DNA of 64,000 bases from Octopus vulgaris (Eukaryota): NCBI GenBank assembly GCA_951406725.2, contig OX597814.1:178002001-178066000 (forward strand), in the 5' to 3' direction. Made by a program: the position numbers and the translations under genes. Positions 40,256 to 54,110 of this stretch are shown here, piece after piece. Each line of letters opens with the position of its first letter. The stretch's first letter is position 1. The notes under the pieces were generated by a model, which worked only from the letters and a program-made list of their open reading frames with translations, did not search any database and had not been told where the DNA came from.

Positions 40256-40285
<30 letters not shown>
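40212..40285. repeat. (TACA)n microsatellite
   Basis: Read directly. Confidence 0.95.
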
Positions 40286-40289
<4 letters not shown>

Positions 40290-40445
40290 CATATATGCGT
40301 ATGTACGAGTGTGTAATATATATATAAAGTTCAAATTATAATGAACGTAAACAAACAAAACGAAGTTTGCTTTAGTAGCTTTGAGATGTCAGAAAGTTAA
40401 AGAACTGATTTTTTAAATTCTCAAACGCAGAATGATGCCAATGTA

Positions 40446-40479
<34 letters not shown>

Positions 40480-42319
40480 TATGTATATGTATGTATGGAG
40501 GCAAGCGTCGATGAATGACTGGATGGCTAAATGAACTGATGGATAGTCAGATGGATGTATACTTGAAATTTTGCAACTGATAAGAATTTATGCTGTGTTT
40601 CCCCTTATTTGGCCTGCAAAACCTCCAGCTTTCTTCATCACCGTTTGTGCAACCCTTCATTCTTTAAATATTAACATCTTGCCGAATATTTTTCCTAGTT
40701 AGTGTATGAATTATGAAACTGCAGCTTTCATTCAATAGAAATACAAATTTTGTAATAATTTCTTCCAGGCGATTTGATACATATATCTGACCTCTCCAAT
40801 CATAAGATTATATTGTTAAAAGTGTATTTTGGCTAACGTAACCAAATCAGCAATAGTCCACGCCGAAGTGAATTTTTCCAATCATATTAATGCGAAATGG
40901 AATGTTGACTTACACAACCGAATTTCTATTTTGTTACCTCAACCTACAACATCATAATCAGTTTCGTTTTAATGTGGTTTGTATTTTCGCTTCAGCTTTT
41001 ACCAATATGTTTTAAGGCTTCATTTGGTTTCCGTATATTTATCTTCGTTTTGAATTTATTTTCTTTTTCACTCTGTTCCAGGTTGTTCTGGCTACAGCAT
41101 CTCATGCAACAGTATTCGAAGGACATCTTTTCACCAGTGGAAATAATGTGCTTAACATGAATATTTGAATATACAGATATTTGTTCGTATGTATGTATGT
41201 GCGATGATTTGTTTCTATCTAAAATGTGCGAACATGCCTCACGATATTGCACATCGTAACTAAGTTTACAGAAATATTTATAACAATCGTAAAACAAAAT
41301 CGAATACAAAATATATTAAACTATATAGCATTCTCAGATAATCTTCGTCCAACAAATCTTACTTTGGCGGTATGTTACATGCTAAATCATTTGTCTGAAA
41401 GCTGCTAATAAAACATACGATACCACACTATATAAGAGAACGCCCAAGTGTATATAGTTTACGAGAAGTCTGCTGCTTTTTATCTCAAGGGAAATACCAA
41501 CTCGTTAACCATTTCGTCTTATTTACATTTTATAATCATTATAAATTCTGATTATAGATACAAAACTGAACTTGGCCCGTCTCAAATTCTCTAGTTGTTT
41601 TCTTATTCTCATAGATGCTCAACAAACTTCAGACCCAAACAACAGTTCATAACACCCTCCCTCTCTCTCATCTGTTTAAATATTTATTTGTACTTTTGTC
41701 TGTTCGCATCTATATACCTAACTATGTATGTATCTATCTGACTGCCTGTCTATCTATCTATCAATCTATCTACATAGCTAGCTAGATAGTTGTATCTGTC
41801 TCTATTATCTATCTGTCTATTTATCTATTTAACTATCTATCTATCTATCTATCAATCTACCTACCTACCTACCTGCCTACCTACCTGCCTACCTACCTGC
41901 CTACCTACCTACCTACCTCTCTATCTATCTATCTATCTATCTATATAAATAACTTGTCCGTCAGTCTGTCTTACTGTTTACATGCCCTATCTAACCAATT
42001 ATTCATATTAATTTATTTAAACATCTACTACCTACCTGCCTACCAGCATACATACATAGCTGTTTTCCCTGAGTCTATCTGACTTTCTTTCTGGCTTTGT
42101 ATTTCTCTCTATCTCTATGTAGTCTGTTAATCTATTTATCAATCTAGCTCCTTGTCCTCTAACGTGTAGGTCTCTCATGGAGGGTCTCTCACTCCTTTTT
42201 TCTTCCCCTCTCCCTCTTCATCCATTCGCTCATCCATCCGTCCAACTGTTTGTCCGTCTGTACGTCCGTTCATCTGTCCAACCACCCACCCAACCACCCA
42301 TCTATCCATCCATCCATCC

Positions 42320-42350
<31 letters not shown>

Positions 42351-42637
42351 AAGAATGCGATCGTTGTCCAACTTACATCAAGAAATGCCTTCTCAGAGAA
42401 GAATCTATGACAGGTCTCCAAAACCAATACTTTGAGCTTCTTCATAACCTCAAGTAGTGCATTTCAATATGCAACACTTCATAATCTCTAACTTTAGATA
42501 TACTTTTTTATGATCTTAGACCTAATTTAAAGCTAATTGTAACATATCAGTTATTAAGCTGTATAAACATCTACCTCAGTTAACATCTGCTATCTCTTGC
42601 TTTGAATACACACACACACACATGGGCATGCGCAAGC

Positions 42638-42687
<50 letters not shown>

Positions 42688-42688
<1 letters not shown>

Positions 42689-43042
42689 AATAGATGAGTG
42701 TATTTTTTACCTTGTTAACAATTAACACGGAAAAAATAAATAAATAGTTACCAGGGCAGCAAAAATCTCACAAGTAAAGGTGTTGTAACTCCTTGTTTAT
42801 AAAGGTAGAAACTTCGTGTTTACGTTGAATATTTTTAATAATATGAATAAAAAAATCGCTATACAAATCCATCATTTTTTGCTAAAATGTCTTATTGACG
42901 GGTTTCGTTTTTTTCACTTTCCCGAGGAGAAGATTGCATTGTTTATACCATTTATTCTTTTGAATAGTATCAGTAGAATTTTCGAAGCATGTGTCGAAAG
43001 TAAAAAATATTTGATTACACCTGCGTTAACTCCATTTTTTTA

Positions 43043-43047
<5 letters not shown>
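42688..43047. mobile_element. PLE terminal-repeat fragment with an internal inversion and a decayed hammerhead (42916-43001, +)
   Basis: 42690-42850 matches 48196-48355 directly; 42856-43045 matches 48360-48548 in reverse complement; flanked by (TA)n. Confidence 0.85.
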
Positions 43048-43077
<30 letters not shown>

Positions 43078-43078
43078 G

Positions 43079-43441
43079 TGTAGCGATATCGCTGTTGCTC
43101 TTGTGGACGTCATCGTTTGCCGTAGTGTTGGCGCTGCTGCCGCCGATGTTGATGTGGGTGCCGTCGTTAGTAATACTCGGCGTGGTTATCATCCTCGACA
43201 GTAGTGTTAGTGTTGGGAGTCCTTGGCGTCAGTGCTGGTGTTTCGCCCAGATGAACTCGTCAGAGGGAGATAACCGGTCATCGCCGACCCAGATTGTTTG
43301 TTTTTGGTTAATTTACTAAACTAACTCACCATAACGGATTCCTGCCTCCCAGAATTGAAAAGTTATGTCTTCGGCTTTACAGTTTGACGAGCCGTCCATA
43401 GGGCTAGGCTCTTTACGGATGCGAAGCCATTGGTCACTATA
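43079..43441 (-). mobile_element. GC-rich solo-LTR-like insertion containing a hammerhead core
   Basis: Termini TGTAGCGA / TCACTATA are imperfect inverted repeats; minus strand has CTGACGA-GTTCA-TC-TGGGC-GAAA; no TSD seen. Confidence 0.45.
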
Positions 43442-43529
43442 TGACCGGACATAGACATAACTGCATATAGATACATTACTGCTTGATGCTTTAGCGTGTT
43501 TCTTTTTCGGATATATGATACATTGACGG

Positions 43530-43581
<52 letters not shown>

Positions 43582-43661
43582 TATATACATATATACATGG
43601 ATGTATACATGCATATGTGTGCATACACGCATATGTATATGTATATATATATTTATATGTA

Positions 43662-43714
<53 letters not shown>

Positions 43715-45420
43715 TATATATTAACGGGCGAAGCAAAGATGTGCCTGTGAAGCTCTTTGTAAGTGGTAGCACTGTCATTAAGCATTGTATGCTGTAATCT
43801 GTAAAATAGCAAATACATCCGTATATTCCATGTTTGTGGTTTCTTTATTTATGTGCAAGTAAATCTCATTCATATAATATCACTCCATTTAGGTTTATTT
43901 CCTTTTTGCATGCATTGCATTGTTTCGTACTCATAAATAACTGAAGTAAGTCGAGAATCTACAAATTATCCAGTGTATATCTGCGCTGTCGCTTAGCTGC
44001 AGAATAATGTTTATATTGAACATATATAGAATAACCAAAATTAGTAATACATCTTCAAGTTCCCCGAACGAGCTGCGTCGCCACACATTGCATCAGCATC
44101 CTCTATATGTCCTCAATTTGATGTCTCTACAATGTTGAGTCGTTCCTGTTTTCTATTAGGGCGGTAAGTCTCCAAAATGTAACTATAACGTGCCTTAAAG
44201 GTTAATAGGCTGCAATTTCTAATATGCCCTCCCTTATGTCATACGTGCAGTTGTTTCTGAAATATGTACAGAACAACAGAATATATAATACTGATCAATC
44301 TTAACCCTTGCTAATTCCAAACCTAATTTCGGTCACGAACTTTGCTTTGCGTTCATCAGTAGGGATAAAAAACTATAAAAAATAAAACCTTATAATATAA
44401 TGAAATTAATCAGCTCAAAGTATCAAGGTATATTCGAGGCACAAATGAAACAAATACTAATATTGTTCATGAAACTATCTACAGAAGTTACCCTACATTT
44501 AGGATGATCATACTTCCTGAAAAATGAGGGGATATTTATCATTACGATTTGATATTTTTGCTCATATTATTGTTTTTGTTATATATTTCATTAGTCATTT
44601 CTAAATAACTTTGTATCATATATCACAATCTTCTTAGCATCCATTAATTCTTCTAAATTATTGCCCTTATTGAACACACCAATGATCAATATTATTTCTT
44701 GGTGTACAAATTTTAGGGGAAGATATAGCTTTGTTGTTAACAAATCTAATTCAGAATCATGTAATTACAGGCTAAGACACATTTCAAGGCACCGTAGACA
44801 AATGTCTTCAACTCTAGCATAGAGTTTGCCAATATATTTTGAACAGAATCCTATGGTCACATTTGGTCGCCAAAATTAGATCCGACCTTAGGTCACAAGA
44901 AGGAATTACGAATATTTCGTACTTAAATTTCTGAATTGCGTTTAAAGTCAATTACGAAAACTGACCGAATTTCAGTTCTCTCCCAAATACTTCAGAATAC
45001 CGAGGTGTTCATAAAAAGAGCACTAACATACCAATACAGAAACAGCCACTATATGTATAATGGGGCTAAGAGACGAAATAAATATATATGAACTAGTAAA
45101 AAAAGTAGAGTAAAGCGTTATTAGTAGCAAAATAATGTATTTATCGATCTGTTTATCCAAATACGTTTTACGAAATATATTCATTTCCAGCAACTCTTCT
45201 GGCAACGGTAACATTGTGAGTGTAACCTCATAAACAAAACAAAATTCTGCAGAGAAATTTTCTATAATAGTTCATTATTGGTTGTTCTCAACATTATCTA
45301 TGTGTATATGTATTTGTATGTATGTAGACATACACATACATATATGTGTATGCAAAACTATATACTTACATATAAATACACGCATAAATATGTGTATATA
45401 TCTAAGTAAGTATATATATA

Positions 45421-45480
<60 letters not shown>

Positions 45481-45511
45481 CGCATATATATGTGTACATA
45501 TGCATGTATAT

Positions 45512-45552
<41 letters not shown>

Positions 45553-46113
45553 TATATATATACATATGTATATACATATACATATGTGTGTGTGTGTATA
45601 GAGAGAGAGAGAGAGAGAGAGAGTAAGTGAGAAAACGAGAGATAGATTGAGATACACATATAACTCTGTGTACGTATTTTTACATAAGCTTGTATACACA
45701 AAATATATTCCGATATCAATGAATGACTACCTATGAAAAACTGGGGCCCACCTAAATGTATTAAAACTTCCCCTTGCGTCTAGTAATAACGTTGTTCCTT
45801 TTCATCTCTTCTTCTTCTTCTTCACCTTTTTCTTAATATTCTTTTTGTTATCCTCCTCCTCCTCATTATCATATATCATCTTTATTGTTTATCATTTATC
45901 ATATGTAGAATACTTTCGTCTGTAAACAAAAGTTAGATACATCTCTCAAAACGTCTAAGGAGAGACACTGTACTTCCTACCGTATTTCTGATTTCGGTAT
46001 CACAGTGCGGCACCTTGGACAAGCTTTTACAATTGTTGCTACAGGTTGAGCAATATCTGCAGGTAGAGGAAATGTTTGTACTTTCTCTCTTTCTCACACA
46101 CACACACACACAC

Positions 46114-46152
<39 letters not shown>

Positions 46153-47069
46153 AACATATCTCTCTGCATATATACATGCATGCATGCAGGGGTAGCAACA
46201 TTTTTCCCCCCACAAGAGTTGCGGACCTCAGCTCGACTATCAAACTAATTTATGAGCGCACAACAACTGATAAGGCCACTTGGTAAGGAATCACCGTGCT
46301 TATTTTCTCTTAATAATGCTCTTTGTTCTTGATCTTGTTTCAACCATGGCTGCCTCTGAGTAGGTATTTGTCTTGTTGCTTACTTTATAGATAGAGATAC
46401 ACATAAAAACCTATGTGTGTACATATATTTACGTATGTTTGTCTAAATAAACTATATTTCGATATCAACGGGGAAAATGTGCGCAGAGGATGATGTTCTA
46501 GCAAATCTCTTCCCACATTTTCCCCATCCACATCTTTTCCATATGGGGCTCTAACAAAATCCCATAGGTAGAGATGCCAATCTAATTACTTCTCTCCTAA
46601 AATTAGTCATAACTTGGCGATCAGTCGACTTACAACACTGTTCTTCGTCTTGAGTATACTTAGTAGAGTGTGTTTTACCAAGAGATTGGTTGTTTTTAAC
46701 ACATTCACAAGTGGGCTTTGCATAGACTGGCTGTATGCAAATCAGTTCATTACTGGAGACCGGATCTCTTGTGGGAAAAAAATCGCGCATAGATAGGCTA
46801 GTGCGTATTTTTATCTTAAATAGTAAGCTACCAATTAAACACCGACTGTTACGTTTCACTAATAGCTCAACCTTAATCTCACACTTCTCCTCTTTCTTAC
46901 ACCTGCTCTCTTCTCTCCTAATAAACGTACCTTACTCCCACTCCTCAATATTTAAACTCCTCTCTTTTTGCTTTTTCTTCTCATTCTTGAGCATTTCCCT
47001 AATAAACATTCATTTCTTTTTATTCTGTAAAAGTTTATATGCACGGGTGCGATAACATATTTATTTACC

Positions 47070-47392
47070 AAATTAAGTACCAGTTGCGCACAGGGATCGA
47101 TCTAATCGACTGGCTCCTTCCCCAAAAATTTTGAGCCTTGCGCCTAGATTACAAATGAATATATTTATTTACCAATGCGCCGAGTTGGCAGAGTCGTTAG
47201 CACGCCGGGCGAAATGCTTTGCCGCGGTTCGTCTGTCTTTATGTTATGAGATCAAATTCCGCCGAGGTTGACTTTGCCTTAGTTTCCTTTTGGGGTTGAT
47301 AAATTAAGTACCAGTTGCATACTGGAGTCAAACTAATCGACTGGCCCCCTTCCCAGAAAATGTCGGGCCTTGTGCCTAGAGTAGAAAAGAAT
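47070..47392 (+). mobile_element. Two OK-related SINEs (truncated 47070-47160, full-length 47175-47392) at one target site
   Basis: ATATTTATTTACC at 47057, 47161 and 47393; head TGGCAGAGTCGTTAGCACGCCGGGCGAAATGC. Confidence 0.88.
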
Positions 47393-47895
47393 ATATTTAT
47401 TTACCGTTGACATAGTAATGTGACTCCAGTTTAATATTCACAACGCCCTTCGCCTATAGTCAGGATTAATTTAACCTAAATTCCCCCTTCTTTTCCAGCT
47501 TTCTCTCTTTCTTTATTGCTAAGAATTTTAGACCATTGCCCACTCCCAATTTTTTGACGTCTTCCTTCTTTTCTCTTAACGACCATTTTATTTCTTCATA
47601 CATTTGTTTTTCACTTAACTTTTTTCTTTACTCCATTCTTGGGGCATCACCACTCATTTTAAATTAATTTTCCGGCGAGTTAACTTTGGATTCCTTAACG
47701 ACAATGTAACCGTTATATAACTAAGGTATCTTCAGCCTGATGGGCAGCTAGCGGAGGACATCTCGTTGAGTATTTAACACTTCCGAAAAATCTGCTAGGT
47801 AAGAAACGTATATAGTCTGGCTGCTCCATTCAATCAATTTGGATATATATATATATTGGAAGGTTTGGAGATGATGTACAGGTATTATATATTAT

Positions 47896-48165
47896 AAGAA
47901 ATGAGGTAATCAGAAGATCGGATGGTTTATATTTACAGATATTTATTTATATATTACATTTTTTACATATATATCATATTTAGATCATTAGCGCTTTCTC
48001 CCATTCTAGTGGGGTTTTCAAATCAAAATAATTATTTTGATTTGAAAACCCCACTAGAATGGGAGAAAGCGCTAATGATCTAAATATGATATATATGTAA
48101 AAAATGTAATATATAAATAAATATCTGTAAATATAAACCATCCGATCTTCTGATTACCTCATTTC

Positions 48166-48167
<2 letters not shown>
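47896..48167. repeat. Perfect 272-bp palindrome (136-bp arms, no spacer)
   Basis: Centre CAAAATAA|TTATTTTG at 48031/48032; arms match out to AAGAAATGAGG / CCTCATTTCTT. Confidence 0.95.
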
Positions 48168-48195
<28 letters not shown>

Positions 48196-48197
<2 letters not shown>

Positions 48198-49030
48198 GAT
48201 GAGTGTATTTTTCCCTTGTTAACAATTAACACGGAAAATATAAATAAATAATTACCAGGATAGCAAAAACAAAAACACAAGTAAAGAGGTGGTAACTCCT
48301 TGTTTTTAAAGGTAGAAACTTCGGGTTTACATGGAATTTTTTGTATAATATATAAATAAATAAATGAAGTTTAACGCAGGTCTAAATCAAATACTTTTAC
48401 TTTCGACACATGGTTCGAAATTTTCACTGATATTATTCAAAACAATAAATGTTATAAACAATACAATCTTCTCTTCAGGGAAGTGAAAAAACGAAACTCG
48501 TCAAAAAGACATTTTAACAGAGAATGATGGATATGTATAATGATTTGCTGAACGCTATTAATATTATTTGAAAAAAACGTCATATGATATAACGTCAGAA
48601 GTAGCCTATAGAGAGAGGAGGGATATTTATAGTGAATGTTAAATATAACAGAAAATAATGTTTAAATTATATATGATGATAGAGATTACTTATATGAACT
48701 ACAGGTATGTTTTTGCCAATGTTTACATCGGTATGCACGCTCTATAAGCGTGTTTACTAGGGCATTTTTAGAAAAAAATAATGAAAAATAGTTCGGAATT
48801 ACAGAGAAGACAGAATTCCTTGCATTTGTCATAAGGTATTCAGATTGAGAGAATCAACCATTCTAAATTAAAATTGTTCATTGTGGTCTTTTAGATCCCA
48901 AATTCATTTACTGAGTCCAGTACTGTTACGTTTATTCATATCCCTAAATGTTGAGTAATGGATAGAAATTATTTTAGATAACTCTAACGACGTGCTTCCT
49001 ATGTAAAATCGTACTTTATTACGAGTATTG
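48196..49030 (-). mobile_element. Penelope-like element 3' end: GIY-YIG endonuclease fragment plus terminal repeat with decayed hammerhead (48399-48484)
   Basis: Minus strand RFYIGSTS...HYSTF...STGLSK*IWDLKD, LEWLIL, PYDKCKEFCLLCNSE, LVNTLIERAYRCKH; downstream CTGAAGA-GAAGATT...AAATTTC-GAAC-CATGTG-TC-GAAAGT. Confidence 0.85.
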
Positions 49031-49036
49031 ATCATA

Positions 49037-49385
49037 CATCATCATTTAACGTCCATTGTCCAGGCTGGCATGGATTGGACGGTTTGACCAGGGCCAGCAA
49101 GATGGAAGGCTGCACCAGACTCCAGTCTGATTTCGCATGGTTTCTACAGCTGGATGTCCTTCCTAATGCTAACCCGTCCGAAAATGTAATGGGTACTTTT
49201 TCCTGCTACCGGCATGGGTGCCATTTGCCTGACTACGATTTCACTTGTCTTAATGGGTGTTCTTTTTCAGTATGGCATAATACCAATTGTTCTAAGTCAT
49301 TCGCCATTGCTTCCGTGAGGTCCAACACTTGAAAGGTGCTTTTGACGTACCACCGGAATCAGCCACTTTGCCTCCTTGAGGCCCA
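49037..49385 (-). mobile_element. SINE with V-domain-like core and (ATG)n-type tail
   Basis: CATCATCATTTAACGTCC...GCTGGCATGG.TTGGACGG tail and GGATGTCCTTCCTAATGCTAACC core (cf. GGATGCCCTTCCT..CGCCAACC). Confidence 0.7.
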
Positions 49386-50540
49386 ATTTGTTTATACGTC
49401 ACTGTTTATCTTCACACCTTTTGATTTTGTCGGTATTATTTTATTTTAATTTATGTCCCAGATTATATGACTTCGAGAAATTCACAACCATAAAATAAGA
49501 GAGAAACTGAAGCAAGTCTTTGTATTGATATGATCGTCTAATAATCTTCAAAGTGGTACTCAATACCGAACGCAGCCCAATAACTGAAACCAGTACAAGT
49601 TACCAAGCATCTAACAAATGTAGTGTGAGAAGGTCCTAAGAATATTTAAATGTCCTTATATTGTCATCTCCTAAACGTGCCTATGTCTATAGGTTTAGGT
49701 AATTTGTCAGTGACTTTATATATATGACTGAATCGGTATAATAGTACAAATTATAAATCATCAGAAGGAAAGTTTTCCTCTCTTCCATTATATATTTAGC
49801 AGCTAATTTGTCTGGGGTTTTTTTAGTCTTCAGTTCTTTTTAACGCAACAGTATAGTCACTTGGTGCAGCTATGTCAATAATTACAGCATTATTGTTATT
49901 TTTATCACGGAAAATGATGTTATGGTTACTATGTTTTATGTAGATGTTTATGTATACTGCTAAAGTTACACAGCATTTTCACATTGTCATTTCTGAAACG
50001 CAGATGTCAGCGCACAGGAATACGTATGTGCTTTTACTCAAGGGAGTTGATATTGAGTAATTAGACATATACACAGTACATCTTTCTTGACAGTTCATAT
50101 TGTTAAGTGTTGATGAGATGCGTGCAGCATTCTCTTTGGGGATTGTAAAACCTAGTTTGCTTTATTGTATGACTTGGTTTGCTGTTTCTAATGTTATTTT
50201 AGTGTGTCGTCTGTTCTCTGAAGTATATGCAATGTTATTTACGTTATATGTTTAGATGGTGATGCTTTGTGATTGGTAGTGTCGTACAGTGATCGGGATC
50301 AATATTTCAGCGTGGACTATATTACAATACTGAGGATCTTTTAATATTGCGTAGTCATTATGAACGAGTTATTTTACAGGGTGTTATCGCACAAGACATA
50401 GTGTGTATTTGGTTAAAATTTTGCTTCGCAACGACTTAGCTTTAGGTCCCATTCTTCTGGATGTTTTCTATATTAACTGCATCCCGAGCAATGCTTTGCG
50501 AATAAATGGATTTGTAGGCGGAGATTGTGTAGAAGTCCGT

Positions 50541-50591
<51 letters not shown>

Positions 50592-50789
50592 CATAGAAGA
50601 GAATCAGATATCCTCCGTATAGAATACGCTTTCTAGTGCTCAAGATGTTTAAATTTGAGCGGGTAGAAAAGTAAATTGAAGGATAAGCGAGTTAGGCAGG
50701 TCAATATATTAAATACATGTAATACAAAAAAATGTATTTATCCTTACATTTAAGTACATATATATATAAATATGTATGATTATCACCAT

Positions 50790-51078
50790 TATTATTATTA
50801 TTATAATTATTGTTATAACTATTAGCTGCTACATTAGTTAACATGTCTTCAGGTTTTGTGTCTTCAGATCCCTTCATATTTCAAGATCCTTTCTTAGAAT
50901 TCTTCTTGCAGAATATTGGGTTGCACTTTGCTGTAGGTCGATAACACGAGTCTCGATTCCAATATTCTTCAGGCTTTTAGATAACAGATTGGGTGTTATG
51001 CCAAATACACCAATTACCATAGGAATTATTGTCCTAGATTTCTACAATATCTTCATCTTTCTGGCTAGGTCTTTGGTA
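50790..51078 (-). mobile_element. Extreme 3' end of a Dong/R4-like LINE with (TAA)n-like tail
   Basis: Minus strand KDLARKMKIL*KSRTIIPMVIGVFG...IGIETRVIDLQQSATQYSARRILRK, then a short UTR and (TAA)n. Confidence 0.75.
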
Positions 51079-52659
51079 TGATTATTATCATAACTGAAAT
51101 CTTATATTTATTTCCTACTTTCACTGCACAATCTCTGTAAACTCAATTTAAATGCACTTGTAATGCTTTTTATTTGCTTTAGATATATTTGAGTGATAAA
51201 ATGGTGTATGGAAATATATTGCACAACCGTACATCAGCGGGTTGAATTCCTTGTGGTTGTCAGCAACGTTGTTGCGAAGAGATATTGTTGCTAATATTAT
51301 AAATGCCGTGTTTGGTAAGAATCAGTTGGGAAGTTGGTGTAAATGTTGGTTATAATGAATCAGGAATAATTTCTTCTTTTGATTTTACTGAATGGACGAA
51401 AATATCGTTTGATGGTCGTCAGACAAGCAGTTAAAAAGCCGAGAAATGATTGCGCTAAGTTAAAACCAATGATGAGCTTCCGTTACGTCTTTCATGTGGT
51501 CATTCAAAAACACTTTCATGTTTTCGCTCCTGAGATAAGCAACATAATGAATTTAAAATGAATTTGAATGCGTCGATTATTAACGTACAGCCTTTACTCT
51601 GATATGTTTATTCTTTTATAGTTTTGCTTTTGATATGGTTTAATTTTTAGCTTCTGATCACAACACTGCCATTAACTCAACCACATTTGACACCATTAAA
51701 ATTACCAGCACTTACAAAATACACCAGTAACTCTAACAACAACGATACTCGGATACCACTGTCAATATTCGGCTTTTGCTAACTCCACCACCATCACCCC
51801 AACGCCAAGACTGCCACTAATAACAACCGTTATACTATAACCTTTGATAACTTTTACATTATGCTTCATAACTAAGTTATTTAAATGTTTTGTTTTCATG
51901 TAAACACAATGATTAAGATGATTAAGACTAATTATCTAATACGAGGGAAAAAACACGTCGTGTTGTTTGTTCATTTATTTGCTTAATTTCCACTCTGATA
52001 ACAGACATACTTGCCTGTGGTGAAGTATTAAACTGAATGTATCCACATTACGTAAAATGACATAAGAAATTACAGTTGCTGTTGGGCTGGTGCCTGCAAA
52101 TACACCATGGCTCGTATTATATGAATGTGTGAACTATATCTCGATGGTTAGTATTGTTTTTATGAGTCAGACGTGCCACAACAATGAAAAATGTCATTTT
52201 AAATCTCTTCAAGGGTGGTGAGATTCATGCAACTTTATGTCTGGTGATGTAAAAATATTTTTGGATTCAGAAATTAGTAGATCTGGTGAGATAGATACTA
52301 GAATTAGATAACTAATTCAGGTAATGTCTTTTGATGTGAAATACAGCGACAGTGAAGCGGGAGGTAACGAGTAGATTGAATTGGTTTCAATGGAATGGTT
52401 AGATCAGACAAAAATGTTATAAAATAAGCAAGAATGGTTTGGACTGAAGTGGTGATTAAATATTTTGTCAAGAAATGGAATAAGCATTTTTGGTATAAAG
52501 CACAAATTGATTTTGTGCGTAATAATAATAACGTTTCAGTTTGAAATTAGTATTAAAGACAACTCAGACCATGATTATTAATTAACCACCAGAAGAAAGA
52601 TTAGTCTTTATGATGCATATATTTGTAGCAAGTGCGACTGCTTATCCACTCATAGCTCA

Positions 52660-53335
52660 TAGCTCGAGAATGTTTCCATGGTGTCTGTAGTAAATGTAAC
52701 CTTTGGAGTTAAATAAGATTAGGTTATCATCTCGCAAATAAAGGATGTGTTCGGGGTTTAGTTCATAGAGATAATGGATGTAGAACTCGAGGGTGCATTC
52801 GTGTGAAGCCTATTTATGGAGAGATAGAGAGTAATGGACGTAGATATCACTTGCATATGAGTATGTGTTGCTGGTAGTGGTGGCAAGCTTTTCCTTGATA
52901 TGAAGATGAAAGCATTGCAGAGAGATATTGCGTAATCATAGTGAACAACAGAGTTGATACGGTGTGGATCAAATAAAACGCTGTCAGCATAATACGTGCG
53001 GTTAAAATGGAATCTCTTTATATGAAACATGAAAGAAGGATGAGTTCTATTGACAGGAAATTTAGCTGAGAGGTTTTCATGGCAGATATTGTAAGAGCGA
53101 CAAACTGAAGGGGAAAGAAACTTCAGGAGTATCACAAAGGCCAGTGAGTCTTCAATACATCCTGTTCTATGAAAGGCGTATTTTTAGTGGGAGAAAGAGT
53201 CAAATCTATCAAAGAGATTGTTCACAACTGTTTCTTCTTTATCTTTAACATCCTGGAAATGAGATTTGTAGGGAAGTGGTTTGCAGGATCCCAGAAGTTG
53301 TATTCCTGTAGTGTGTCAACCAGACTTAATCAAAT
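52660..53335 (-). mobile_element. Very decayed, rearranged CR1/Jockey-like LINE fragments
   Basis: Scattered motifs FD*VW, KYAFHR, FMFHIK...YYADS and a PPL...H-type C-terminal segment. Confidence 0.4.
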
Positions 53336-54110
53336 ATGAGACCACTACGACAGTTTGCTAAAAGGTAATCTGTATTTTATGCAAATTCACTGCTTAAAAT
53401 AGGGACATTCCACTGACTTTAATTAAAAACCCGCATTTTACAGGTCTTAAGGTCACAAGACCAAAAACAGGTTATAATTAAATACAAAATATCAGTCACA
53501 CGCACTCCGCTATCTGTAAATATGTATATAAATAAGGATAGGATAGATATTTAAATACCGATCTTATCAGATGGCCAGCATGGTGATAAAAACCTTTCAA
53601 AGGTAATAATTATTTAAAATTATTTAAAATTATAATTTAGGGTATCTAAGAGATACCACCACATTGGAAATAGCAGTGAAATCTTGACATTTAATGTGGT
53701 TTTAGAGTCAAGTTTTGTCTACAGCTTAACACGATGACTACTAGATAATACTAAGAGTCAATGGTCCTTAATGAAGTAACTATTAGGCTTAGTGATATTT
53801 TATAAGTAAACATTCCACATAGCAGTTTGATATTAGCCTCAAATAAGTCACAACTTCAGAAGTTGAACTATTTGACTAACAAAATCACAAAGACAAAAAT
53901 TATTTCTTTCTCTTTTTATTGCATGCTCTGATCGATGAAAACTGGACATTAGGAGTATCATTAAGAACAAATATGTTGAAATGACTTTAATCAGAAGCAG
54001 TAATTTTCGATGAGATGGAAGGATTATATTCCGTGGATTTTAAAATCACGAACTATTGTAGTTAGGTTGAGATAAGAATTTTTCTTGTTTTGCCAACAAA
54101 GATTGAATAG

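Noticed and set aside
42816-43319. 167-aa hydrophobic ORF as a membrane protein
   Set aside because: It spans a PLE repeat, a (TA)n tract and a separate GC-rich insertion, so it is a chance fusion.
44321-44362. Minus-strand CTGATGA...GAAA
   Set aside because: Stem II does not close next to the boxes and stems I and III are absent.
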